64,000 nucleotides of DNA from positions 4,746,267 to 4,810,266 of the forward strand of contig NW_002060947.1 of assembly GCF_000150275.1 (NCBI RefSeq), given 5' to 3'. Below the pieces are notes generated by a model. That model made no database searches. It was given only the letters and a program-made list of their open reading frames with translations, and was not told the DNA's origin. Below, one piece after another: positions 1-12,680 of this stretch. Position numbers and translations under genes: made by a program. The stretch is from Trichoplax adhaerens (taxonomy: Eukaryota > Animalia > Placozoa). The first letter of the stretch is position 1; every line of letters begins with the position of its first letter.

Positions 1-609
1 GACTTTACTGCTTTAAAGATTCAACTAGTACNCGTAAGTTAAAAAGATATTACCACGAAGCAGGCCTTTCTTCTTAAGCGGAAGATAATAATAAAGTGAG
101 ATTNTAAGCTCTACTCTATTTTTGAATATCGATAAATTTTAGTTACTTCGAAATCTCTAACTGAATATTTTGCTTTAGCGAATTCAAGTACAAGCGGTAA
201 GTTACCGCAACTTTGATGTTAGACTTGAATATTTATAATGAGCTCTAAATTTTTCTCAAAATGATTAAATCGATTTAAATAAATGAAAAAATGTTTACAG
301 TACTGATTAATAACAGCATATTAAATTGGAAGGAATCATTCTTTCGTTTAAGATAATTTAAGCCAGCAGTAAACATGTTTAGCCCATAGTGACTATTTCT
401 AGTGTTAAGTTGATTACTTCTAAAATGTATATGCGTTTATGAGAAATTACACCGTACGTGCTGTATTGTATATTCTCTGATACAAAAGCATGTTACGAGA
501 GAAAGAAATAAATACTGTAAACTTGATAGCCAATAAAATTTATTATCCATATAAAGTTATTAAATTGGTAAACACTAAGATTACTCGTATTATAGCCTTT
601 AATTTTCTA

Positions 610-1880
610 GAGTTATCTTCTTCAATCATCTCAATTGAATCTACTCCCGTAATTCAGAATATGGGTATGTATGCATGACGAATGACGACGAAAAGATTTG
701 TGGTTTTAAAATAATCTAATTCTTGGACTTATTTCTAATTATAGGATCTTCAATACCTGTTACATATTCTTATGCTTCCCTAGGATTGAATAATGCTTTG
801 GACTATCAAAGTTTGTTACATATCGAAATTTTTTAGTATCTTTTAATAATTTAAGTTATTGCGTAGTAATTTTTAGATAGTCGCTATCGATATTAACATT
901 TAGCAAGCAATAGTTGGACGGATAGCACAGCATCGGGGTCTTCCAAAGTTGTAACATCAATATCCAATCAAGGTATTATACATAGAATGCCTATGATATT
1001 TTAGATAGCAGACTCAGCAGTCTTGAATCCGGTAATACTACAACATATAAATTTACTGTATATAAAGTATCTCTGTCATACGAACAAAACTCTAGAATTA
1101 TTGTATAGTTAAGCTGAAGTTTATAACTTAAAGTTAAATATTATATACCAGAATAGCGGTTTAGTTATCTGCTTTTCAGATTCCTTCGAATAGGTACTGA
1201 TACTTATTCATAAGGTTCGAAGTTGATTTATCATGTGAGACTAGTACACTTACTGTATAATGGAGATAATATGTCTACAAACAGAAGTACTGAAAGTGTT
1301 CAAGCTACGGATCTGCCCGAGCAAATTATACACATCTCTTGTAATGTTATTTATGTACGTACTTAAGATTAGACTTCAAAATTTTTCCCCATAATTTGAT
1401 GGACGTCATAGATGCTACTTTAAAAAGCTTGCATTATGGTATTCACGTTTGGTATTTTTTTAGATGTGATTAAAATCAAAATGAAGTAAATGCTCAGTCT
1501 CATATACGATTTACAATAAAAATGAGTACTGTTAGTAAAATACAGAAGATTAGGGACTGATATAAAAGTTAGCATTCGTGAACATCATTAATGATAAGCT
1601 TTACAGGCAATGATGTTATAGCGTAGCTAAGTATGGATAGCTCGATTAATAACACGATGAACTTGCACACAATAGTTTCCCTTAATATAAAATATAGTAC
1701 TGCCAAGATGATTACCTATTTTCAAAGAATTGAATTTTTGCTTTTATCGCAGCAGATTCGATGTCGACCAGCTATGTACCTTCGGTATCTAGCATAACTA
1801 GTGAATTAATAACCAGCCAACCTAAGACCTCTATTGTAAATCCATCTAGAATATCGTCTGCTTTGTACGATATTTGCCGT
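610..1880 (+). pseudogene. Run of short Ser/Thr-rich exon-like segments (mucin-like stalk of a probably decayed receptor gene)
   Basis: AG...GT-bounded segments read ELSSSIISIESTPVIQNM, GSSIPVTYSYASLGLNNALDYQ, ASNSWTDSTASGSSKVVTSISNQ and DSMSTSYVPSVSSITSELITSQPKTS. Neighbouring segments contain stops. Confidence 0.4.
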
Positions 1881-2126
1881 GATCCAACTTGCAATACAAT
1901 ATTATGTACTGTACATGCTAGCTATAGAATTCGTTTATCGTCTATAGTAATCAAAGCGTCTTGTGTAAGAAATCTCCATGTCTTTGATTGTTACAGTGTA
2001 ATACAATATAATATCTAGATTAGAGTAGAAATATCTATATTAGGACAATTTTGTTGATTTACCCTTATTTAAAGCGTTTCTAATTTAGATATGTGATGTT
2101 TAAATATAGCACTAGCTTTCAAGGTG

Positions 2127-2151
2127 ATATATATATATATATATATATATA
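2127..2151. repeat. (AT)n microsatellite
   Basis: About 12 perfect AT units. Confidence 0.95.
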
Positions 2152-5100
2152 GATACAGTCTACTGAAATCAGTAGTTTAATTAGGGGGTCAAGAATAATC
2201 TTCTTACGATTCAAATCACTGCGAATGTAATTTACTTATGGTAGAATATCGCAGAAATGCTCCGTGATAGGACATATTGTAATCTGACAATTTTGTGTTA
2301 GTCATTCGATGTCTATGTTCGTAAATACTGTTGTCTTCATTAGGTAGCAGTAGATAAAATTAACTTTTGATTCATTAGCAGGTTTCAACGTTAATATTAC
2401 TAACTAGGATGTACAGTATGTGCTATTATAAAAGAGTATAAATGCGATATATCGTATATATAGAGAGTTCTTTAGATTAGTGTTTAACGTAAGATACGAG
2501 ACGTCTAAGTTTTTTTGTAGTCTACTAGTATAGGAAAAGTGTTCCTGGAAGAGTAGATATTGCTCGCTGATACGTGGTTCAGGGAATCGACTTATTGATC
2601 GCTCATTACGTTATCTTGCTGCAAAGCTGTATTGTAACATTGATAAACTAAATATTGATGTTGCATGATGAAAATATTAGCTGTTGTTTTAATTTAACTT
2701 GAAAGGGTTACAGTTATTGTAAGGAATTTATTCATAGCTATTGTGTATTAAATATTAATTCTACTAGAATATCTTTAGTATATTTAGTTATAATTATTTA
2801 ATTGTAATCGGTTTAGTATTAATAGATTTACATGTGGAAAATTTAACCTAAATAACTTAATCTTTATTTTAATTTTCTATACCGTACATCTTGAGTAAGT
2901 CATAACTGATCAGATTCATCGTTATTCTGATAGTGTGTTTAATCAGTTTCGAAGTTAATATAATTTTCGTTAGTTTGCAATCAAGATTGTTTCAGATATT
3001 TGTGTTTAAATTTTAACAAGTACCGTAGTAAATTAGTTATGTGTTTCTTCTATATACTTATCTCATCTTTATCGACTGACATCAATATCTACGTAATATA
3101 ACTTTAAATGGTTTGAAACATTCTATGTTTAATTTCACTTGATAAATGGCCAGGCATAATAACATGGATTGTGGAAATAAGCTCGTAATGCACTCTATAG
3201 TATGTTATACTATTATTTTTGTTATTAATATTGAAAAGCGTTTTCACTTCTTTTAGTTATGGATACCATATGATAAACTAATTAATATTATTACTGTAAA
3301 ATATGAAAAGATTTGATTTTTCTGGCTTATCTATAATTTATTCGTCGTAATTTTCATAAAGGAGGTGTTATAGTATCGTTGATATATATAAGCATGAAAT
3401 TTTAGCTAGATTATATTACTGTGAAATAAGCCTTATATAACTAATAAGAGGCAGCTCCCAAAATTTCTTTAGCCAGAAATATCGTCGTAAGCCTGTTATA
3501 GCATAGTAACATAGGCGTTAAGCGCAGTACATACCGTATTACATATATTTTGCAATGAAACAATTGATCGATCAAATATGATGACTTATCATATTCGATA
3601 TCAAGTAATTTAGAATTATACAAAGAAATATATGTGACTGATAATGGTACTACATAATTCTTGTACTTTATAGCAATCAAGCTATGCAAATAAAAGTTTA
3701 GCTTTCTCTTTTGATTAGACAATTATAGCAATTCCTGACATGCCCTTCGTTCTGTGATATTTGAAATTCATTACTTTAGAGATTACTGTTATTAGACGAA
3801 ATATCTAGAACGTCTATCGAGGAGTAGATTTGTAGATTTAGATTTTTGTTATCTTGTCACAGAGCATGTTTCTAACGACTTGACATATTAATAAGCACAG
3901 CCAGTAAACAAAGTGCTATATACAGTACAGTAATATTTATGTGAAACAACTCTTGATAATTCCTCAGCCTTAGATTTTGACATGACTGGATACGCTGTAG
4001 TAATTCATACGAACTCTTATACAGTAGAATTGTGTGGTAAAATATTTAATAAGAGTTTAATAAAGTTGTATCAATTAGTACTATGATTTTGTAATATTAT
4101 TCAATAATTATAATTTATGACACTTGTGTAAAGAACGCATTCTTTCTTGTCTTAGTATATGACTAGATGATTATTGTCTCTTCATTAAAACTAAGCGTTA
4201 ATTACTCCAAAGCATTGTCACAAACTTCCGATTGGATATTTTGAGTCGCTGATAAGTACTGTACAAGTAGTATACAGCCGTAGGCAACATGGTGCAAGTA
4301 TAGAACTTCTACTACTTATTAGCTGTAGGTTTTGATATTACTAGATACATTCTACAGGTATGACGTTTAATTTTACGTTTTGCAGGTAATCTAAATTAAT
4401 TATAGTAAGTTCGGACCTATTTTAAATTACTTACAAAATTATAAATCGTAGCATAATTTACCGAGTTCTTTTTTAAGAGTTTGTAATTTCGCTTTTAATT
4501 AAGATTACGTCAATATAGGAAGATACTTTAAAAACCTACAGTGGTATTACTTCCTTAGTAACCAGTAGACGTATGAACTTAAAGAATATCGTCTCATTGT
4601 GCTGAAAGAAGCTCTAAACTATCGATAAGGCTCGGTCTGTTGTATGTCCAATATAATTAAAATAGCTATATCGAAAATAATTATTGTAATATCGAAATTA
4701 ACTTGAAACGCCTTGAAATAGGTCGTTATTAAAGGTAGTACTTTGTGTACGCGTATACTTGTACTTTTATGATTTGACAGTGTTGCTCAACAAGTGATAC
4801 CGTACTGTTCACAATGCGCGAATTACTTATTGATTGCTGAGAACTCGAGATTTCGGTCTTTAATTAGTGATATGATACTATAGTGTGTGAAGTACAGTAA
4901 AGCTTAATTAAGTGTATGGAAAATTATTACGCGTATGTGATAGAATTAGGCTTGAAATATCTGTGAATGGATTGTAATAAGTAGCATTTATGGAGTATAC
5001 TATACTTGCTTAGAATATATAATGCGAGTATATTTGAAACGAGTACATGAGCCGTAATTTGTTACACAATAGGTAATACTATTTTCTACATAAGATTAAT

Positions 5101-6808
5101 TGGTTGATAAATTAAGGTACTGTAATATTCGTATTCTGTTGAGCATTAGTATGGAGTAGCGAAAATTTCTATATTTCAGTATCGTAATAATTTTGATATT
5201 TTGTAGTGGATGTTAGAATAATTACTGTAATTATTAAGTGATATAAGCATATTCTATGGAAAGGTAAAACAATTATAATCAGGAATGGTATTTTAACTAT
5301 GGTAACACTTAGGATAGTGTTAATATTATTAATACGCCAATTGCTGTGTTGGTCAACTGATTTATTCGCTAATCAAGAAAAATATTCATATGTAGACGAT
5401 TGTTCACATTAAGATTAAATAAAGCTATGGCTACAGTAAAGTTGTATGCGTTGACGAAAATGTTATCTATCAAATAAAAACGTAGAGTCGTATCTAAATT
5501 ATTATCGTAGACATTAGCTTAAGAGGGTAATTCCAATTAATAGCAAGTCATAAGATAGAATTTAAGATTGACGTAGTATAAAGTACGGAATGGAGATACT
5601 TTATATTCTTGTATTATAGCCTCGGTCGTGCTAGGTCACATTAGAGTTGTATAGATAATGTTAATTTTTATAGTTTCCTATCTAGTGATATATTAATTGC
5701 TAGTGTAATATCGATGAGGAATTGTTTAGTACGACAACCAGCAGCAATAAATTTAGGCTGTTAAACTTTCTGGACAGCGAAAATGTTACATTAAATATAC
5801 CAATTCATGTAAATGACTCATTGACACGATTAACTTTGGATAAGATCTTGTTTCATGTTTAAACGATGAAATCTGTAGGAAAATAATACTACTAGTTTTA
5901 CCGGTTTACTTTGAATGTTATAGTGCTGTTTGTGACAGTTGTAGCCTGATTGATAAATATAAGTTTATGCGTAGATGGAATAAGTGTAGAAGATACAGTA
6001 GTCTATTAAAATAACTTTTGAAGTATATCGTACGAACGCTATGAGATTAAATGATATGATAAAGTCGGTAGATATCGTAGAGTAGAATTTGCAAAATTTA
6101 TTATTTAAGGTTAAATATATTATAGCTAGTAAGTATAAACATTGGCGTAACATAACCTACTTTTCAATTGTTTTAGTATTATCCGAAGCTCTGAGATGAA
6201 ATTTATAGTTAATGAGATTGATAGTGTATTGATAGAGTAAACTGCATGTAATCCGATGTTGGAGATATTGTATGATTTTCACTAGTCTAATATTTTACAA
6301 CATTAGCTTAGTAAGATACTTGTCGAAGTCTAGTAGCGACATTTATAATTTCAGATAATGTATACTTTATATTTAATCGCATTCGAAAGTAATATGAATA
6401 GTGATGTTGTTTAGTACTGTATAGGACTAAGAAATATTTTGTACTTTATTATTTACACGCCTGATAGAATATGAGAGAACGTCGTACAATCTCGTACAGT
6501 ATTAGCCAAAAGAGGTATTACAAATTTTGAATGATTTAATCGTCTTTAGTATGCTTTGCAATACTGATCTTTATTAGCATAAGGCAAGTAAATGCTAGAA
6601 AGCTGACATTGCTAATATAAATCAACGCATGAGAAATTGTATTGATACAAAAGATTTTAATTTGAATCAATTTTTGTAACGACTACTGGGTTAATTATCG
6701 GTATCGGAGATAAGATACCGAATAAAATCATCTACGATTCTACAATTATCACCATATTTCTTTACTAGCGATAATCCAACTCATGCGCTTTTTATGAAAT
6801 TGGTAAAT

Positions 6809-8197
6809 TTATTTCTGGATAAGTTGATTATAGTCAGCAGTTCCGGATAGATGCATCGATTCATCGATTTGATTGATGATATTAAAAATAAATATAGAAG
6901 AATTTATTTAGCTAAAGTATGTTAGACTACTAAATTAATGATTAGTTTAATTTATAGACATTAATTAAACTCAATCAGTTTTCTTAAATGTAACTGTTTG
7001 CGTATTACCGTACGATAATTATTTATATTTTAATATCGATAGCATAACTAACCTTTCCCTGTAGAATCATAGGCCCAAAGAGGACATACAACATAGGTTG
7101 AATAAAAATGCGAAATTGGCGAATATTAGTTTTAGAAGTATATATAGTATGTATATTACATGATGTAAAGTAAGTACGTTTTAATTTAACGTTTTAATTT
7201 TCATAAATCATACATTTATAGCTGTTAGATAACTTTCAGTTATAAAGTAAACTATGTACTACGAATTAATGAAGGAAATGCTTATTTTGTTTACTACAGA
7301 ACATACATATCGACGACGGTAGAAACGACGGCGGTAGAAACGACGACGGAAAAAGACGCGACGACGGATATAGCGACGACGGATATAGCGACGACGGCGA
7401 CTCCACTATGTAGAAAAATATTAATTGTTAAGTTTTGTTAATTTGTCGACATCAAACAATGAAGGAAGTAATTCTATAGCGCAGGCATTAAATCACTTAG
7501 TGTTTTCATGGGGGTATGTGTGATTAGTTCGTATTTGTATATAAGGAAGTTTTACTCATTTACAGACTATTCTATTTCATAGTTTAATAGTAAATTACTT
7601 ACCCAAGCAGCCTTCTGCTTATTGATTTTTAATCCACGGCACGAAGATAGGGTAAGAAGCAATAGCTTATAATTAGTACAAATATCAAACATTTTTACGC
7701 CATATTGTAAGCAGGTAAAAGATAATTAGAGTATGTCGATGAAGACTTTTGTGAGACATTGAGTATCTAATATACGGATCAGATCGAATCGTTACTAAGC
7801 TGGATCCGTAAGTAGGTTTGTTATTATGTACTATTTTCGTTATTGACTAACTTGGGTTAATTTTACTAAGTATAATGACGATATTTGTAAATAACTTGCC
7901 TTGGAAAGTTCAGCTTTCGTTTCGTCATCCTGAAATTACATTAATAAAATTATTATTCTCTTTATAATTGATTAATAAATTAGAGTTATAGTTTATTTTT
8001 AGTTAAGTCTTTATACAGCAGAGAGTTTAACTTACTACATCGCTTTCCATAAGAGCCTTTAGATCTTCTTCATCGACATTATCTAAATCGGCTTCTTTAC
8101 CGAAGATTTCATTTTCTTCAGGTTTTTCTTCTTCGGTTGCGAAAGCGACCGCCGCGAAGAATAATACAGTAGCGACCAAGATAAGCTTCGTGTTCAT
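6809..8197 (-). CDS. Secreted Arg/Trp-rich prepropeptide, copy P1 (104 aa; putative amidated cationic host-defence peptide precursor)
   Basis: Manual splicing of coding exons: 8197-8036 (MNTKLILVATVLFFAAVAFATEEEKPEENEIFGKEADLDNVDEEDLKALMESDV), 7929-7900 (DDETKAELSK, GC donor), 7614-7603 (KAAW), 7405-7307 (WSRRRRYIRRRYIRRRVFFRRRFYRRRFYRRRY), 7058-7053 (GK), 6814-6809 (K-stop). All junctions are phase 0 with AG acceptors and GT/GC donors, and are conserved in the paralogs. Confidence 0.85.
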
Positions 8198-8719
8198 GTT
8201 TCCTGATTAGACAGAAGCGTAATTAAACAACTAAGGTTAGAAATTTAATTAATAATGAAAAGTGATTGTAGCATAAATCAACTGTTGCACTCAGAGAACA
8301 TGACGGTTTTATGTTACGACAATAAAATACAGGAATAAACATATGTATCTATTTCTAAATTATATATCGTAACGTATTGGTGAAAATTAACTTGATATCG
8401 CAATGTAACGATAATTTAAGTCACTTTTATAAAATTTTGATTATCGTGTAGAATTTACGAAAGAAGTGATCGTGATTTCGTAATAGTAAAGTAAAAGCAT
8501 ATCTGTGTTAAGTAATTTTAAAATGTGTTTATTACTAATCTTGTCTTATTGATAAAACGAGGGAGCTATTATTTAGTATGAAAGCTTAACGAAATTTCAC
8601 ATTTTAATTTTAAAGATACGGATATACTCTGTATTACGGCACTGATATTATCTGATGACTATAAGAAACTGTAAAATTTTTCTTCCGTTATAATCTAAGC
8701 TGTATTTTAAATGACTTAC

Positions 8720-8781
8720 CAGTTGGATTAGCAATTACCAAGGGGAGAATGATCGGTTACCGAAAAAATCGGCTATTTATA
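8720..8781 (-). promoter_or_regulatory. Core promoter (TATAAATA + Inr-like TCATTC) and ~31-nt non-coding first exon of P1
   Basis: Minus strand: TATAAATA at 8781-8774, the A of TCATTC at 8750 (31 nt downstream), donor CTG|GTAAGT after 8720. Matching acceptor CAG|GAAAC-ATG at 8202. Confidence 0.7.
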
Positions 8782-9269
8782 CTTTTTTGACAATTGTAAA
8801 CAGTGAATTGGCGAGGTTAATTCGCAGACCTACCATTGCGCTCCGTAATTAACGAATGTCATCTTTGTTACTACTATTGTAATTGATTGAATGGTAAATT
8901 TCAGACGATGCTAAGGGAATACTTCCTACTCCCTAGGGGAAAAAGGAAAACGCCTACTGCATTAGCTATGATACTATAAATTTGTGTCCGAAATAATGTT
9001 GACGATCTTATATATATATATTACTATTGCTTTATTAAGGAGTTATTGATTTAATCTTTTGGACCGTAGAGCTACTTGTTATTTCTATTAAAAGTAACTG
9101 TGTCTGTTTTCTTTAGAAGCTCTTGAGAAAAAGCGGTAAAATAGTGAGAATCGACGTATCCGAGGTATAAATCGAAAGGTATCGAGAAAATGCAGTAAAA
9201 CCTTTGATGATATAGGAATTATTAGGAGACGAGATTAAGCGAGTTTACTTCTATAAATTATTATTTTAC

Positions 9270-10560
9270 AGCGCACGAAGAGATGTAATAGCATAAGATA
9301 CGATCGTATACTATACGCCTAATTCTTTAGAATTATAGAATGTTTGATGAAAAGTTAATTAGAATCATAATTGCTTCTGCTATGACCTCACCACCTCACA
9401 ATGTTTTCAAGTCACGAAGACTAGTTTGTAACTCTGAGAGAATAGATAGGGACAACAGTTTAGCTTTATTTATCTCTTCGAATTTTATTCATATTTGATT
9501 TATAATAAGAAAATTAGGAAATACAATTGTAGTGATTCAATTATGCCCATCAGCTAGTTAGATAGCTACTTGTTGTCGATAGGTTGTATGAGCTGGGTAA
9601 TTACCTCTTTCTATACTTTTCTCTCCATTATCGTTCTCTGTATTACTCTTTTTGGTTTGTAACTTTCAGTCATAGTTCAGGTATGCTAAGTTACTTATAA
9701 ATAATAAATTGTGATAATATTGTCGTTTACAGCGATAGAATCAATTTGAATGTCGTAAGTATTACTGTTTATGACGCAATTCATCATACATATTGTAGAA
9801 TGAGCAGTGCCAAGAGTAAAATGCTGACTCAGCTGATGTAAATTAAAGATCCTAGAAAATGAGGGTCTGTAATATATATTATTAAAAGCTAGCTCGAGAT
9901 AGCTGCATTGGTATGATTTAGATTGTCAAGTATAGTATATAGGCTGGGAAATCTAAACATAATTTACTTCTTGTATTATCATACTACTGAGCTTAAGGGA
10001 ATAAGGAGACAGTCTACACAAGACAATCGCTTTTGAATACTGAATAGGTTATCATACATCCATTAAATAGGCTTGGTTTTCATCGCCGGCGTAACCTGAA
10101 TAGGTAATGTTTTCTATTCCATAGGGAATAACATGCACCACTATTGTTACATGTATTCTCTTCAGCCGAAAGAAGAAAAAGTAAAACTATAATCTTCTGT
10201 TACTATGGACGTGCAGAGTATTTATACTGAACTTCATGTTATAATTTTAGATGATCTAAATAGCAGGATAATGATTGAAAAATCAGAACTAGTCAGTACT
10301 GTACATTGTAGAAAGCATTAATAAAAATTAATAAATAGAAATTACTATGATTAATTCAAGTCCAGTTTTTATGTTTCTTCTTTAAGATATTGTTGCGTTC
10401 AAGGGTCACTGAAGAGAGTCGATTAGATATAAAGGCGTTGAACTGACTTTGATATTAATATTATTGCTTTAACTGATAGGAAACGAATACAATAACCTTT
10501 ATGTCAGCTAACTACAAATAATATAGGACAGCGTATTACACTAATAATGAAATAACAAAG
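9270..10560 (+). pseudogene. Decayed GPS/7TM-like exons (adhesion-class GPCR-like remnant) next to P1
   Basis: CFCYDLT at 9372-9392 resembles the GPS CxCxHLT motif. It is followed by hydrophobic YLLSIGCMSWVITSFYTFLSIIVLCITLFGL (~9567-9660), IGLVFIAGVT (~10067-10096), GITCTTIVTCILFS (~10121-10165) and ITFMSANYK.YRTAY (~10490-10540). Multiple stops. Confidence 0.45.
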
Positions 10561-12432
10561 TTTAATAACACTCAATACGTGTAGCAGATAAGACTTTACT
10601 ATGGTAGCTAAGCTAGTACACAAATCAGTATACTGTAAGCAAACACTACGGCCCTTGTTTTAAGCATAAAAGCGCTCCAAAAAGTAGCTACCCGTAATAT
10701 TAACATCAATTGATCGTCATACTGTGCACTCGGATATTTAATAATATATTTTGTGAATAAAAAGTTTTACTGCCTATTCTCTTCTATACATTACTCCAGT
10801 TTCTAAAACAGTATTTATATAGAATTTACATTCAAATTGAAAAAAATACAGCAATTACTGTAAGGTTAATGAACCTATAATATCGAATTAGATTTAGATT
10901 TTAACTGAATGAGCTGTTATCTTGCTATTTACTATGGACAATCAGTCGTCTTTTTGGTGTTGCTAGTTTATCTCGGCTGTTTACGTGTTTTCTAATAAAG
11001 TGAAGAGATAATTCTGACGTTGATCTGTTGGCATGCTGCTGTGTTTTGTGGCTGACTTTGCCATCCTTATTATTGCTATTCTAGACAATCTCAAGGGATT
11101 TCAAATCGTGCAAGTAAACAAATTCTATTCCTTATTAGGAAAAGAATGAAAGTCTGATGTTTACAGTGATATTTTGAAGTTTTGCTTGAAATAATCGCGA
11201 TAACGATTACAATTACATTGGTTTTAAAAAGTCATAGATTTACACTTTGATATTTAGAGGTAACTATTAGCATTTTTTAAACTGAGGCTGTTTGTTCTCT
11301 TGAGTGTTACGTCATAAAAAACGATGGAGGACCGAAGATCGATATCTCTGAGACTATTTCAAACGACGTAATTTACGAACGAGAAATGTAAAAATTGAAG
11401 TTATAAAATAATGTTTTGAAAGACAGATGGATTTGCATACATTTTAACCCAGTGCTTTATATATAGCAAATATGTGTAGGTAGTAAATGCTGTATCATTT
11501 AGTGCATATATGAAATCTGTATTGATTGGTCATTAGCGACTGATTTTTATATAGTGTGGCATGATTTCATGATATTCTCTATTCACAAATAATGATTTAT
11601 AGCATTTCGGATGTGGAAGAGAATAGCCTTCTAGTTAATCCGTGCTATAGATGATATAAGTAATATTATTGTATCTTTTAGGTTTTAGATAGTGATATCA
11701 AGCTGTAATAGGTAATTATTATTCAGAATCATACACGATGGACTTTAGACTTTTGCTACTTTAGATAATGTTCACTTTAATTTTGCAACATGCCTGACGA
11801 GTATACGCATTTCGATGCATTTGATCTTATTTAGAAGACACTAGTGCAAACTCCCGTCGCTTTGCTGACGGTTTACGATAATGTGCTCATTTAACAGATA
11901 GTATTACCATTTGATAGACCTGTCAGATCGTATTCAGCAAATGTCAAAAAGAATCTTTACGCGTTTAGATTTGTATTGACCGAGTAATAGTCTCGTATTA
12001 TTACTGTTGGTTCACCTACATAACCCAATTTTTGAGTTAACAAAATACTGTGCTATTATAACTAGCTCAGATCATTACAAGATTAAAGAAATAATAATTC
12101 CATATACTTTAGGTCGAATTCTGATTATGAACTAGTTTCATTATATTCTTGTACTTGTATCAGATTGATGCGCTACTTTAAGTAAGCTGCCTTTGTCAAC
12201 AGGTTACAGTTACTGGTGTGTATAACATGTCCATAATCAGAATATGATAGAAATTATTACTAAAATGTATGTGCTGACTTAATCTAAAGGCGAAATTCTA
12301 AATACATTTATGGATTAGTGAAAGATATTTTCCTTCCCTATTTATCTAGTTTGATAACGGATTATGCTAACATCTACATGAAAAAGCAAATTAAATGTTA
12401 TTTTATTTTGAGATTATTATTTATTATTGAAG

Positions 12433-12680
12433 CCGGTTGGAGCTGTCCGACATATTGGGAAATATTTAATGCTAGCATTTATCTTCAGCATATCCTCGAT
12501 TATTTGAAATTCGGCGAAGCTAGAAGCTATTGTAATTCGTCAAATGCTAGTTTAGTAGTTATTGACAGTCAAGACGGTAAGATTTTTGTAGGAAATTTAA
12601 CTGGCGATTCTTCTGTTGGCACGTATTGGATAGGATTAGTAGATGTTAGACGAGATAATTCGGTTACAAGTTCTCAGTAG
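12433..12680 (+). pseudogene. Truncated C-type lectin domain exon (copy A)
   Basis: SCPTYWEIFNAS.Y...EARSYCNSSNASLVVIDS...FVGNL...YWIGLVD is the N-terminal half of a CTLD. It ends in TAG where a Trp is expected, and the C-terminal half is missing. Confidence 0.8.

Noticed and set aside
7307-7405. Protamine or nuclear Arg-rich protein interpretation
   Set aside because: The exon is preceded by a signal peptide and acidic propiece and followed by GKK-stop, which indicates a secretory precursor. Further cleavage at internal RRRR sites cannot be excluded.
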